From NCBI GenBank assembly GCA_046563655.1, contig CM102286.1:5084001-5148000 (forward strand): a stretch of 64,000 nt of DNA. Direction: 5' to 3'. Within the stretch, counting starts at the first letter, position 1. Every line of letters starts with the position of its first letter. Origin of the DNA: Yuukianura sp. NJ FZ-2021 (lineage: Eukaryota). A program made the translations under genes and the position numbers. Below, piece after piece: positions 41,101 to 53,545 of this stretch. The notes under the pieces are model-generated. The model did not search any database and was not told the DNA's origin. It saw only the letters and a list, made by a program, of their open reading frames with translations.

Positions 41101-44100
41101 TCAATGGATTTGTAGCAGAGTTGTTTGAAACAACACCCTGCATTAAGTACACAACCTTTGTTTCACAAAGTTCCGAGCGTGTGTTTCCTGCATTATCTTC
41201 TATCCAAATTTTTTGAAAAGGAGAATTAATATTAAATTAATGTTTTGTCGCCTTACTTTTTAATTAAATCGAACTAACTAATCAAATTTAGTTTGTCCTG
41301 GAAAAGCCTAACAAGGGCTAATCTAAGCCTCTGGCATAACCTAATGCGGCCTCATTACTCCAACCGAGAGACGCGGTAACATTTCGTTTTGGCTTCAGTG
41401 GGGTCCAGGAGGGCCCTCACACAGACAGAATCTAGATGAAGGGCTAGATTGTATCAGCGCCTTGTCAGGTCACATTACCCTCAGCCGACTTAATGACAAC
41501 CGGAGAACAAAGGCAGAAGGGGTTAATGATTTCTGAAGGTGGAGAAGACACGAGTCGCTTTGTGTCAACGTAATGACACAACTAAACCACCCGCCATGAA
41601 ATAGGGGAATACTCTCTCAGTTCTGGTCCAAGCTATAACTTGACCATGAAAAATCTTCTGGAAGATGGAGTTTTACAGAGATCCAGTTACAGGATTTTGT
41701 GGGGCTTTGTTCTAAAAACCTAACTCAACCTTTAGAATAAAATGCACTTTGTTCCAGAACTTGCGCTTTTCTTCGCCTTTGATCTAGTAGTTTAACCTGA
41801 TCTAATTTCCCCGGCTTTCTTTCTTTGAAAAATCAATAGAAATTAGCTCAAAGTGAAGGTCACACGAGTCAAAAACGGCTGAAGCTAGCAAAAAAAATGT
41901 CTAGAAGCTTTTTCATCAATGACATCCTATTTCCAATCCAGAAATGGCATATAAACTTGGAAGTTTTGAAACAAAGACTTTTTTGTGTAACTTCCCAAAT
42001 TTTCCCAAGGTCAGGCAGGCGTGAACGAATTCGCTCCCAATTATATTTGTTCAAAATTTGGAACGTTTACAGAATTCATAAGAACTGAAAAAACTCAATT
42101 GTGTTCTCAGCACAAACAAGTCCATAGTTTTTCCCGCTGTTTTTCCCTGAACCACAATCATGTTCAATTCCCAACAGGCGGAGCAAGTCCGAAAACCGGG
42201 AAGTTTTAAGTTTGAAACCGGAAAGTTATTTGACTGCACCGCATTTTGTATTCAGGTATTCACTGCCCGAAGTTCACTCCAACAACCTCGTTACCCTCAC
42301 CCTCAGACACACTACTGTAGGTTTGGGTAGAACACGAAAAAGTGGGTTAGTTGTTTCAATGTTCTGAATACTAAATAACAAATCCCAACAAATAAATAAG
42401 GAAAATAAATCGGAAAGGCAGGATTCCGCCCTCCCTTGGCCCCCAACCACTTCAGTGGTATTACCAAACCAATTTTGCAAATCCAAAGTTGCTTTCACTC
42501 CTCTTCCAGACAACCCGGCCATGTCAAAGTCTCAATTTGAAAAATCCTTCTTCCAGATCTCCATTTTTTGAAATCCTCTAAACAAGTGACGTGATGCATC
42601 TAAGAAATCGATTGGGAATTGCATTTTTTCAAGCGTCAGTCGGTTTTCCATTAACTCCCACAAAAAAATCAATACCTACGCGTGCTAAGATTCCAAGACA
42701 TTGCAGAATCTAGAATAGGTTTCCCAGAATCATAATGACCTCAGAAACTTCGTTTAAAAGTGGCTCACTTTTATCCGCGAGCGTCAAAAATAAGTGATCG
42801 ATAAAAGCTAAATCTTGAGTAAAAAAAATCAAAGTTTTTTGATCCGCAACTTTCACCACGCATCGAGTAACTTTCATCTATTCAAAAAAATGGGAGTTCT
42901 AATAAATCTTTGTCGAGCGAAGAAACCGATTTTTCCATTAGCTGAACTCCAAATTTGAATTTGAATTGCCGAAAAACTTCCAAGTACATTCAGAACCCAC
43001 ATTTTTAATCGGTTTGCCAAATCATCGGAACAAAATAGGTTGCCTATGATAAGAAAATGGAAATGTTGCATGTTTCTGTCAGAATTTTTCAAAGAAAAAT
43101 CAGCGTTTGGCAGGAGCAGGAAAGCGTGTGGTGAAAAAGTGACTGTGAAATTTTCAAAACGAGTTGACAAACCGTAGGAGGCATTGTGTGATGTGACATT
43201 AAGTCATTACTTCCAACAACGAGTCCAGTGATTGGCATTCCTCTTAAGCCAATGGACGACATGTGACGTGAGCCCCAAAGTCTAACGGAATTTTTCAGCA
43301 TTTTTCGATTCAAGTACAAAAAATAGAGCTTACAAAGTGTCATCGCATGACGTATTTTGTTTTGAAAGGAATGCGTGACCCCGTTTTTTTTAGACATTAG
43401 GAATAACCTAAACCCTGTTTGATGTTGAAACAGACGTAGGCGCACAAGTTAAGAATATGTTGGAAATGCCCTTTCCATTTGTGGTTTGACCTCTTAGTTT
43501 TTTCTTTGACTTTCGCACTACAAAGGGCCGTAGATCATCAATTCTGGTTTACAACAATGGTGGAATCGACAGATGCCGACGCCTGTCACCACCCCGTAAC
43601 TCCTGCCACGGATTGAATTCATTAATTCAAAACCAGAGTCTCTAATCTCCCAACACATTTCTCACAAAATGTCATTCGCCAATGACAGAGTGACACTCCC
43701 TTCTTGTACAACCTAACGTAACACCACAGTCATAGTTGATGGCCAGGATATAAAGAACAAAAAAAAACCACGATCCCAGGAAGATTAACCTAGACATCAC
43801 CAAAAATTTTCCAAGATTGGAGTTTATTCAGAAACGATTTTTTTTATTCAAAGGCTACTTGACACGGTTGGAGATTTAGTCATTTAAAAAAATGGAGCCT
43901 ATAATAATTACATGTTCGTCGCATTCTTTCTTGAAAAGTTGCGGAAACGATTTGCACTTTAATATACTCACGTAGAAGGCGCAATTTCAATGTTACGGCT
44001 TCCTCCTACCATTTCCGCCAAACGGCGCTCTAAAGGAAATTGAACCTTTGCTTTATAAGAAGTCGCGGCGCGAAAGTTTTGGTGCCGTAAACTTTCACTT

Positions 44101-47100
44101 CTTTTTGAATTCAGCATTGAGTGCCATATTAACCCCACACGTCTGCCAAGCCTTTCTCCATGTACATGACAAGAAGGACAATTTATAATATACAGAACCC
44201 TCCTGCCTGTACGAGATAATGCTCAAAAGTGAACTTCCGCCTGTTAGACTCTGAAGACTCAAAAAAGTATACTTTCACCTTATTCTTGAGTACCCTCAAC
44301 TTTCTTCTTCAAATTAAAAAGTATCATCCCACAGAGAATCAATACTCACACAGAATCAGCTAGGTTCTTCATTTTTGTTGAAAGTTCTGCTAAGTTGCAG
44401 TTTGAACGCAACCAAGGTGCTTGCCACCAACTTTCTCCTTCCCTCCGGAAATCCAAGGGGCCCTTAATTGCTCAAGTGCCCATAGGTCAACTCACTCTCA
44501 CATGACATTGAGCCATTCGGGAGAAAGCAGACAAAAGCCTCTTTTGTTACAGACAGTTGAAGGACAAGATTAGGATTACAGCTGAAGAGATTGTCCAGCA
44601 CAGACTTCTTGTAGCCTATCCTCCTTAATGGTTCACTTTGGTTGAAACCATTTACAGGACAAAGGGGCTGCTGGATATGGCTCAAGTCCTCAAGATTCTT
44701 CAACAGAAAAAGTCTCAGACGTTCAATTTTGAAGAAGGCTCAAGTAGTCTCAGACGCTTTCTTGTTCTTTACACAGAAAATCAGATTTACAGTTTGGAAA
44801 AAGGATTTCTACAAGGGAGGAAATGGTTTAGCGTGTGTATGTGAAGACATACAAGGAAAAGCCTTACGGAAGGAATGAAGCTTGTAGGGGCCCTATGCAC
44901 AGTGAAAGCCTAACCTAACGTAACCAAGGAAATACCAGATTCTTAAATTCCATTGAAGAAGCTGTGATTCTGGAAGGGAGCCTTTTGGTACAGCAGTTGG
45001 CTTATTTGGGAAACGCAAAGGAAAGTTCTGCAGGCGTTTTTTGTGAACAGTGAACAACCGCTTGGTTCCGTTTTCCTTACACTTTCTCTTTTTTGGCGAA
45101 ACCCTTGCTTTAAAAATCCTGGCCCAATTCTCGCTTTTTTAAAACTCGGCTTCGATTTTTTCTTGAGTTTTTTTTTCGGAGGAAAACCAAAGGCAAGGGT
45201 CTAGTCTGGTTTCTATTGCTTTCCATGTTAGAAAATGGATAGCGGAATAATAATGTTAACCTAGAACGAGCTTTTGAAATAAAGTTCAGCAAGAAGGTTT
45301 TCTAAAAACCACGGCTCAATCGAACTCTGCCGCCTCAGAATTTTGCTGAATAGAGCGGAATTTCCATATATTTAAATGACATTCCGTTCCGCTTGTTAAA
45401 CTACGAAGTGCAGCCCACCATTTTGTCTCTGCTTTGAGATCAATGTGGTCTGACAGCAGGAGAAAGCACAGTACGCATAAAAATAATCACGCTGTAGTAC
45501 CATATGCCTCTTCATCATTTTTGTATACAAAGAGCTTGTTAAGAAAATGTTAGCGCAGTACTTCGCTTACTATACTACGTACATACCTCTTTTCCTACGC
45601 AAACACTATGTTCAACTTATGCACATGAGTTATGCAGTAATAAATTACTAAGTTTGTCGCGTTGTTCTAATTTGGTACATTTTTTTAAAACTATTTTTTG
45701 CTCTGTGTGAAACCGTGACATTCTGTCTTATACAACTGTAAAGTGAAAGTGTTATGCTGACAATGTATGACGTGCTAAAGGAGGGAAAATGCGAACGCTA
45801 CTTTGAATTCATGGAAGACTTGGGTTTATTCCTCAGAGAAAAATTCCATTTTAGTTTTCACTTTGTCTTTTGGCTCGAAATTTGAAATTCTTTGCTCATG
45901 CTCGTTTCATTGAAAAAATCTGGCGAGAAAGGGTTTCAACTTTCTCCTTAGTTTTCGCTTCTTTTTTTTAAGCCTTGATAATTTCCTATCCTTTTTTCTT
46001 TCAACCACTCTAGTACAAAATGGAAATCAACATTTAGACCTTAGAACAAAAAAGAACATGAATATCATTTCTTTCAGCTCACAGTAAAGAGAAGATGCGC
46101 CACGTCTTCATTCTTCCTTTTCTCGGGGAAATATGAATACTCGTTCTGTGCTAAATTAGATTTCATTCCCACTCTTTTCTGCTTTCCAAAATTCCAAGTC
46201 TAGAGAAATCGAATATCAACTTTCTTCAAAATTCGATACGAACTCACCTCTTTTTTTAAAGGAGAAAAAAATAGAGTAGTAGAAAATCATTGCATCAAAT
46301 AACGATGAAAAGGATCTTCTTTCCCTACTGCTGGGTACTGAGCAAAAATGTGATGCAATTTTTTCAAGGCTTTTTGTATCTATTTTCAATGGAGGCACTT
46401 AGCATAATTCAAAATGTTTCTTGGCAGGAACTTCAACTTCTATTCGAATTGAGGACGTGCACACACGAAATCAAAAAACAATAAAATGGCCTTGCTTTCT
46501 CCTTTCTCCAATTCTCAGACCAACTTCCTTTACAAGAGTCGTGGATTTTACAATTGAAATTTTTTTTTTTGAATTTCAAAATTTTTTGAACAACTGTGAA
46601 TTGGTTTGAGGAAGAAAAATTGTTTTTAGGCAAGGTTATTTCCCGGAGGGAAGCTTTAGACACTTGGAAGAGAAAATCTTTCTTTGTCCTACAGAACAAT
46701 AGAAGGGGAAGAAGATGGAGGATGATGCAAGATGCTTAGTCCAATTAAATTGTTTTGTTCCCATTTGCCATTGTTCAGGTCTCTAAATGATTTTTCCTTA
46801 GAAGAAAGTAGTAGAAAAAACAACCAATCTAAAACGTGTTTTGTACCTCTGGATTTTACAAATCCAGAAGCATATTCCCACGGTGGTCATTAGCTTTTTA
46901 GAAAATAGACGGTGACGTTTCTAGAAATGTATGACCCGTATTTTCTCCAGGAGGACTTTCCCTAGAGGTTTGTACTTTGGACTTCGTTCGCTTTCTTTTT
47001 ATCTTGATTGAGCACGAGAGAATGCAAAGTTACAGGGACATTACAGGGCAAAACACTTTCGCTCTAAAACATACTCAAATTTTAAAACAGACGGAGCAAA

Positions 47101-50100
47101 ATAGATTTTAAAATTGGCGGTCCAAGAAAGCAAAGGTAGAAAGGTTGGAACGTGCGCAAGCGCAGAACCTGCTAAGTGGTAGTTTCTTCTGGAATTTTTC
47201 ACAATAATCAAGCCTTTTCCTTTTGGTTCCCACTCGTCTCTAAAATTAATTCAAAACTTTTTTTTAGAAAGCTGGAAGCCATAAAGAACACAATACTGGC
47301 ACTTTTACTTTGATGAGTTACCGAATTTCACGGTCTGGCGCATGGAATAGGAAGCAGGAGTTTCAACAAGTCAGTTTCACTTTGCTGTTCGGTACACTTC
47401 AGATGTTTGGATACACAGAGGGAGAGAAAGTTGGAGAAAACTGAAATTTTTTGAAACTCCCATAACTTTCAGAAGCAGATGAACATCAATAAGGATAATT
47501 AAAAGGAACCGAGAGAAACGTAGAAGAGGCAAAAGAGAAAGTTGCTCATTTGTTTGTTTTAATTTCAGTTTCCACTTCTTTTGGCACTGAACTACCTCTT
47601 CTCTGTTTTTAAAAAATTAATTCAATCTCGAACAAGTTCGCGTTTCCACTTAAATAATTGTTTTTCACGATGAAAATCTCTCTCCTGTCGGTTTCTTTTT
47701 AATTAAAACAGGAATCCTCCTTGGAAAAATAAAAAAAATAGAAGAACTTTTTAATTTTCTTCTCAATATATTGCATTTTAAATATTCTTGTTTTTTCCCT
47801 TTATGTTTAACCTGAAAATTTGGTTAGCGTGTAAAGGCTTTTGAAATAAACTGGAACTGAAAACTTGCCTTTCACAGATATTAGTTTTTTTTAGTTTTTA
47901 GTTTCTAATGCCTAAAGCCTCCGACGACCAGCTTTGCTTTTTTTTGGTTCGTTTTTTTGAAATAAAAAAAAAACAAATTTTTACTAATTTTAGCCCAGCG
48001 AAAACTGTACGAGCAGAAAATTAAAAAGAAAGTGGAAAATAAAACTATGCATCTGGAGAAACATTTACAAAAGAAATTTGGCGTTCTCAGATGTATTGGA
48101 TTGCGTTCTTTTTTAAATTAATTTCGCAAATATTACAAAGTGCTACCTCATTTCTCTCAAACAGTTGATCTAAGTAATTTGCGATTTTTGTTTAACTAAT
48201 GTTTAAACTGACATTATATAAAAAGCAACACCAAATTGTCACCTTGTAAAACCAGAAGCATGAAAGGCTATATACCAATCCACAGTCGATGGCAGAGAGC
48301 ATTAATTATTTGAAATGGACAGTGGTGTCCATTTTCGCGCAACTGGGAGATAGAGACAATGGTTTTGCAGCCCTATTAAACGACACTCTCGAGTCCAATC
48401 TTTTCCACACAAACTTGGCACTGATTTTGGCAAAGAACCTCATTTACGACATTTGCTAAAATACGGCGTCCCACTCCGTGGTAATTGCAGCGGTTGAAAG
48501 TTTTCCTTTTTCCATAAAACTTTTTTCTAACCCGCAGCATCCTGTGGTGGTACATTTTTTTTTGGCAAATACAAAGTTTAGTTTCCCTGAAACCTTGTTG
48601 GCAAAAAATTGTAATTGCCCGTGAAGCTTACATGAAACATGGGTTTTGCAGAATATTATGTTAGTTTCGTTGTAAGTTGTTGGGCGTTAGCTAAACTTAG
48701 TACAGCAGGGTTGACTATGATGGAGTTTAGTCGCTTCGGGAATTTGGACTGTATTGGTCAACACAAAAGCGTTCAAACGCCGCTGAAGCAATCCTTCTTC
48801 AAGCTTTACTCCTTCGTTTTTGCTTCTACTTGGATTTAATACGCCCATCAGTTTTCCCTCTCATACATTTCCAGTGCGTCCAAAAAGGACGGTAGAGACC
48901 TCTCCCATTCACTTTGTCCACAGAATAGTTACTCCCTCCGCTTTTGATTACGACGTCCAATTTCCTGCCTCAAATGGAAAATGTCTCACCAAATACGTTT
49001 CTCTTAAGAAATAAAGGAAATCCTCATTTCTCATGCATATGAGCTTAAGAGGCACCAAATTTCTTTCTCCCTGACACCAAGATTGAAATGAATTGCCCTA
49101 AATCTCCCTGGAGCCGGTAGGAATTATGGAGAAATGGAAATGGTAAAATAACAGACGTCGACCTACGATATGCTTTTCTAAAAATGTGAATAGATTCAAA
49201 TGGAATATGAAATCACTTTCTCTTATTCCATGGCTCCATAAGGCTTTAAGGGAAAAACCCTTGTTCTGGTGCACAAAATTATTGAAGAGAAATGGCGGAC
49301 AAATGGAACAGGTAACTGTGAGGTCGGAGTTATGGGAATTGAAATGGATGAATGAGTGATGGAATGACGCTGGGAAAAGAAGCCGAGCGAATTTTGAGCA
49401 GCAGTTGTTTCCCAACAGAGCTCAAAATTTCCAAAAGAAAGCAAAACTTTCCAAATTAGAGTGAAAAAAAAAATGATCACCGTTCATTTTTTCTGATCAC
49501 CGTTTCTAATTTGGAAAAAAAAAACGTAGAAGCACCTTACGTTCAGTGTTAGCTGATATTTTAAATAAATATTCCTGTAGATAATTTTTTTGAAAGACAG
49601 CTAAGAGTATTCATGGCAGAGATTGCATGTCCAGCTAGTGCTGTCATATTAATATTTCATTTTGCTAATTTTTTCTAGGCTAGTTTTAGGTGTGCCTATC
49701 AAGTCACATCATGTTAGGCTTTCAACGATGCATGTTTGCAAGTCATCCATCGTATTTAACCTAAACACGTTTAGATTCTTCGTGACATCAATTATTTTTA
49801 CGAAACTCAACCTTCAAAAACCCATTTGATCATAATCAGATAAATATTTTCTAGTATCCTTTTTTTTTTACCAACAGCGCCACACATCTGCGGCGAGAAC
49901 TCGCGAAGAATCTTTTTTCTACATTTTTTAATGCGTATCATTTGCTTGAAATATTTGTTACAAATGTTTGATCGTTTTTAGAAGTTCAAGTAATAAGCGA
50001 TGATATTTATGAAAAACAACCACCACCGTAAAAGTGAGCGACGACGGTACAAATTGCAATTTACCGTAATGTGTATAAATTTTGGCTAAAATGTTCATGT

Positions 50101-50438
50101 TTAAAATTGAGCGACAGAAAGAGTAATGTGGATCGCTTACCACAAATGGATTCATCTGCCTTGACACCGTGCTGCTTCCACTCCCCATTAGTGCAGATTA
50201 GGTTAGGGGCATCTGGGACACTGAGTCTAAAGCCCGCGTTACACTCCACCTTCGCTTCAGCATTTTCCGGGTATTTTCCAGTCACTGGATTCGGTTTTGG
50301 ATTTGGCGGAAGGATAGTTCCGCTTTTGATGGGTAGTGGAGCAGAGCATGTAGACCAAGTGGGCTCAACACTCAGACTTAACAGCAGTACAGTCACCAAT
50401 ATGCACTTCATGCTGCCACTGAAAGTGTCCATCTTCAT
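25815..50438 (-). CDS. Type I transmembrane protein with two Sushi/CCP domains, 3 coding exons, 306 aa (joined model)
   Basis: Exons 50438-50141, 28014-27739 and 26161-25815 are linked by phase-1 GT-AG introns and total 921 nt in frame. The junction reads ESIC-V-PVQCGRPPPIEHG, a typical CCP-CCP linker. Domain order is signal peptide, CCP, CCP, Ser/Thr stalk, TM helix, cytoplasmic tail. Confidence 0.7.
27739..28014 (-). CDS. Internal exon encoding the second Sushi/CCP domain
   Basis: PVQCGRPPPIEHGYY...YPFGT...GCDMGY...ITCGADGSW...QC matches the CCP consensus. Acceptor TTTTCAG| and donor GAAG|GTGAGA are both phase 1. Confidence 0.88.
31010..31228. mobile_element. Degenerate foldback/MITE-like element with termini related to the 12266-12534 element
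   Basis: Left end GGTGGCACACGCCAATG, right end CAATGACATGGAACC. Internal inverted subrepeats TTGCTCCGAAAGAATT and AATTCTTTCGGAGCAA. Flanks ATTAGTAAA and GTTAGCAAA look like a decayed 9-bp TSD. Confidence 0.7.
36296..36341 (+). repeat. Short direct repeat, TGGAGGGAGTAACTATACA x2 with 27-bp period
   Basis: Copies at 36296-36314 and 36323-36341. The 15-mer core also occurs at 10637-10651. Confidence 0.8.
50141..50438 (-). CDS. First coding exon of the Sushi/CCP membrane protein: signal peptide and first CCP domain
   Basis: MKCILVTVLLLSLSVEPTWS signal-like segment, then TCSAPLPIKSG...YPENAEAKVECNAGFRL...LICTNGEW...IC (CCP consensus C..P..I..G...C..GF.L...C..G.W...C). Donor TGTG|GTAAGC is phase 1. 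The start Met could be 50438 or either of the two in-frame Mets just downstream. Confidence 0.88.
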
Positions 50439-53400
50439 TTTCCTTTTGGTAGGTTAGTCTAGGTAAAGTTGGGTTTCTTCCACTGCCAAACAGAATTCGA
50501 GACACATCCTTAAAAACCGGCATCCAACATTCAGTTTCACTGTGTTGACTTTGTTCAAGTCTATTAGCATAGCTCTAGTCACTGGAGAGAGCAACGTCTG
50601 ATTCCTTTCAGCAATTCACCAAGCAAACACTTCCAGGGTTCGGTTTTTCTGCCTTTTGAAACTCTTTTTGAATCCAATTCTCAAGTGATCCGATTTCTAG
50701 GAAAACGAAATTTCTTGGCCAAGTCGGATAATGTTCCTGTAGAATATCATATCAAACAAAGTTTGAAAAAGGATCAAGTTCAATGCGATTCAAAAGTCAA
50801 CGGTTAGGCTAGGTTTAAGTAAAGATCACTTGACTTTATACTGGAATTCAATTCATTGTACTTGAAAGACAGAGAATGTGCTTGCAATGTAATATTACTT
50901 TTGAAAACTTTTTTTTTGAAGAAAACTGTTTATTTCTCAGGTGCTCTTCACACCAAATTGAGGTCAATAAGAATACGGAACTTCAAAAACGTTTCCAAAA
51001 AAAATTCTGAAAATCGAATTCAGTCGTTCTGACAGAATAGAAAAGCTACCGGAAAAATGATACGGCCTAATGATAAACGTATCAAAGCAAGAAAGTGTGA
51101 AAGAGAATTCCAATCGGTGTGTATTTTGATTCCAAAACTGTTTCCGATTTCTTTGTTACGAACTTATGGATTTTTCTATAAAAGATTGGAATTGCAGAAA
51201 AACAGTAAGGAAAACAGCGGTAAAAAGGAAAAGAAAGCAGTGAAAGTCAATTCAACTTTTGCCGTCTTTGGTTTTATTCTATTGTACGAAGGCAGCCAAG
51301 CGGAAAGGCGATCTTGGAAACTGAAGGCCCCTCGGAGAAAGTGAATTAAAACGAAGCTATGGCTTTCTCTTGGTGGATTCAGCACTTTCTCTGTTCTACT
51401 GGAAGTGGGTCCTTCAGTCTTTCAGAAGCCTTTTGTCTTTTGAAAGACGGATCTCATTCGTGTGAACAGAAAGATGAAGATAGTGTAGGGACATTGCCAA
51501 CACGGCATAAATCTACCTTCAGATCTTCTTTTTGGATATTTCATTTCGGAAATGAGATTTCCGCTTTTACAACCACTTCGGGTTCCTCGGGAGATCAGGA
51601 GTTGAGGAAAAGGATCAGTGTAACCTAAATTACATTTCTAGAATTAGTTTTTTGCAGTTTCTGAAAGCTAAAACCTTAGGTTGAAACCTAACCAGGGAAA
51701 TTGGAAAGTCATCGAAACATGCTGGTGCTTTCACAAATCGTAAATCTCTTGAGAGAGTTACAGAAACGAAATTGGAATTGTAAGCGTATTTTATATTATT
51801 TTGGAATTAACTTTCAGTTGTTCTAAGAAATCAATGTCTAAGCATTGAATCTGGAAATGCTTTGGAAGTACTATTAAGATTCGAAATTACGAAATATTGT
51901 GAAAGTTTGTTTTAAGAAATGAAAACTTACCGTTGTGGGTGTAATCTTTTGGTTTGCGTGTAATCCACTCTAAGTCTCAGAATGCTTTGATGTTAGTGTA
52001 CTTTAGCAATTTAAAAGTTTAGGGTAACTCCAACTTTTTGTACAAAACTTAAAGTGGCAAGGGACACTGGAATTGGAAGGGAAACCTGTTGTGCGTGTTG
52101 CGTTCTTTTGTGAAAGTACCACTTTCACTTTCAAAATTTGTCACAAACTGAAAGTAAAAAGTTCAGCAGACTATTCTCCAATGGATTATGGGTAGGGATA
52201 GACTTGTTTCTGAAGTCTGTAACACTGGTGACCTCGTGTCAACAAAAGTTTGTGGGCGTTGAAATTAATGAGTTTTCTTTGGTATGGTTTCTTCTTTTCT
52301 GGTCAACACTTTCGGCTCGAGAGCTTTTCCAGTTGAAATGATCCCGCTTTCAGCCCTTTCGGTTGGATCTTGTGAACTTCCGTTGTGTTCTGGAGACTTT
52401 GAAAATCGGTCTGACGGGTAGGACAATGTGGAGCTGAGAGTTTATAGGGCACAGAGACTGATGCTGGAGGTTTTCTGACTGGATTTCTCCAGAGTGAAAG
52501 CAAGCGGCCCTGCAAATAGTCAACCATGGAAACTCAACTGAGAGAAAGTACACAAGAGATGGAGTGGGAACGGTTGACGTTGCCACGGAATGTTTCAAAA
52601 CCAATTTTCATCGATGAAAATTCTACTACGAATGCAGGTTAGTATGATAAGGTTTTAGCAACGACTGTAAAACATATTAAATGTATTGCGGGTTGCTGTA
52701 AAATTACATGTATGGTGAAAACCGTAAGTTTAGCTAGCTAAATTCCTTAAGTACAGTAAGAGAATTTTTTTAGACGACAAAAATTCAATTACAAACATCA
52801 AAAATAACTAAACCGTTGCTTTATTTCTTTTTTTAAACTACAATAGACTACTGTCCGTAAATGATGTCATTTATTGTGAAGGTCGCGCCTTAACTTTCAC
52901 CAGAAGAAAGCAGCTGTAACTATGCGCAGACTCTTGTCTAAAACAGTAAGTTAAGCTAAATTTCGCAGAGGATGGTAGAATTTGTATATTACACGTTCAA
53001 TAAATTGATAGAAATTATGTGACAACTTTGGTTAAAGAAATATATTTTCAAATTACTAACTTGTATTAGAAACAATGGTTTCAAATTCCTAAATTATGTT
53101 TGAATTGAAAATTAACATTATATGAATGTAAAGTATACTCGGGTTTTCCTATCGTGACGTCAATGACGTGTCAATGACAAGTCACATGCTTCAAAAGTTG
53201 TAAAACGTGTGACTTTATCCATAAATCTCAAATAGATAAAAAATGAAGTACTGAAAAGCGTTAAGTGGAGATGTGAAATCGTTAAATCGTTTTGTATGTA
53301 CAATGTTGCGGTGCGACGCCTTGCTTTATCAATATGCCGGTAAAGAATACACGAGCTTAACCGAGTCCAACTGAATCCGTTCTAATTCTGTAATAATCAA

Positions 53401-53545
53401 TCGTGGCCTTGGCGTTTTCGTTGGCATAGCTCTCCTCAAAGCGAAACGCCAAAAAGTTTTTCATAACAAACTGTCAGTTGGTTTTCGTTCTTCGTTTCCT
53501 ACGCTTTACATTTTTCTTATAAACACACAATAATTATTCCAAATT

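Noticed and set aside
43972..44372. Two minus-strand exon-like segments with GTGAGT donors (an ATGAAGAAC... segment ending near 44349 and a 58-nt segment 44029-43972) within the 22 kb intron
   Set aside because: Joining them gives an early stop, and their phases do not preserve the Sushi gene reading frame. They could be non-coding exons, but this is unsupported.
50071..50457. 128-aa plus-strand ORF and other antisense ORFs over real exons (e.g. 25903-26136, 53653-54045, 54379-54726, 60550-60822)
   Set aside because: These are antisense shadows of genuine coding exons.
53496..53509. TTCCTACGCTTTAC, resembling the 3' part of insect miR-927
   Set aside because: The seed region does not match and no hairpin is evident; it lies just upstream of the ABCB start codon.
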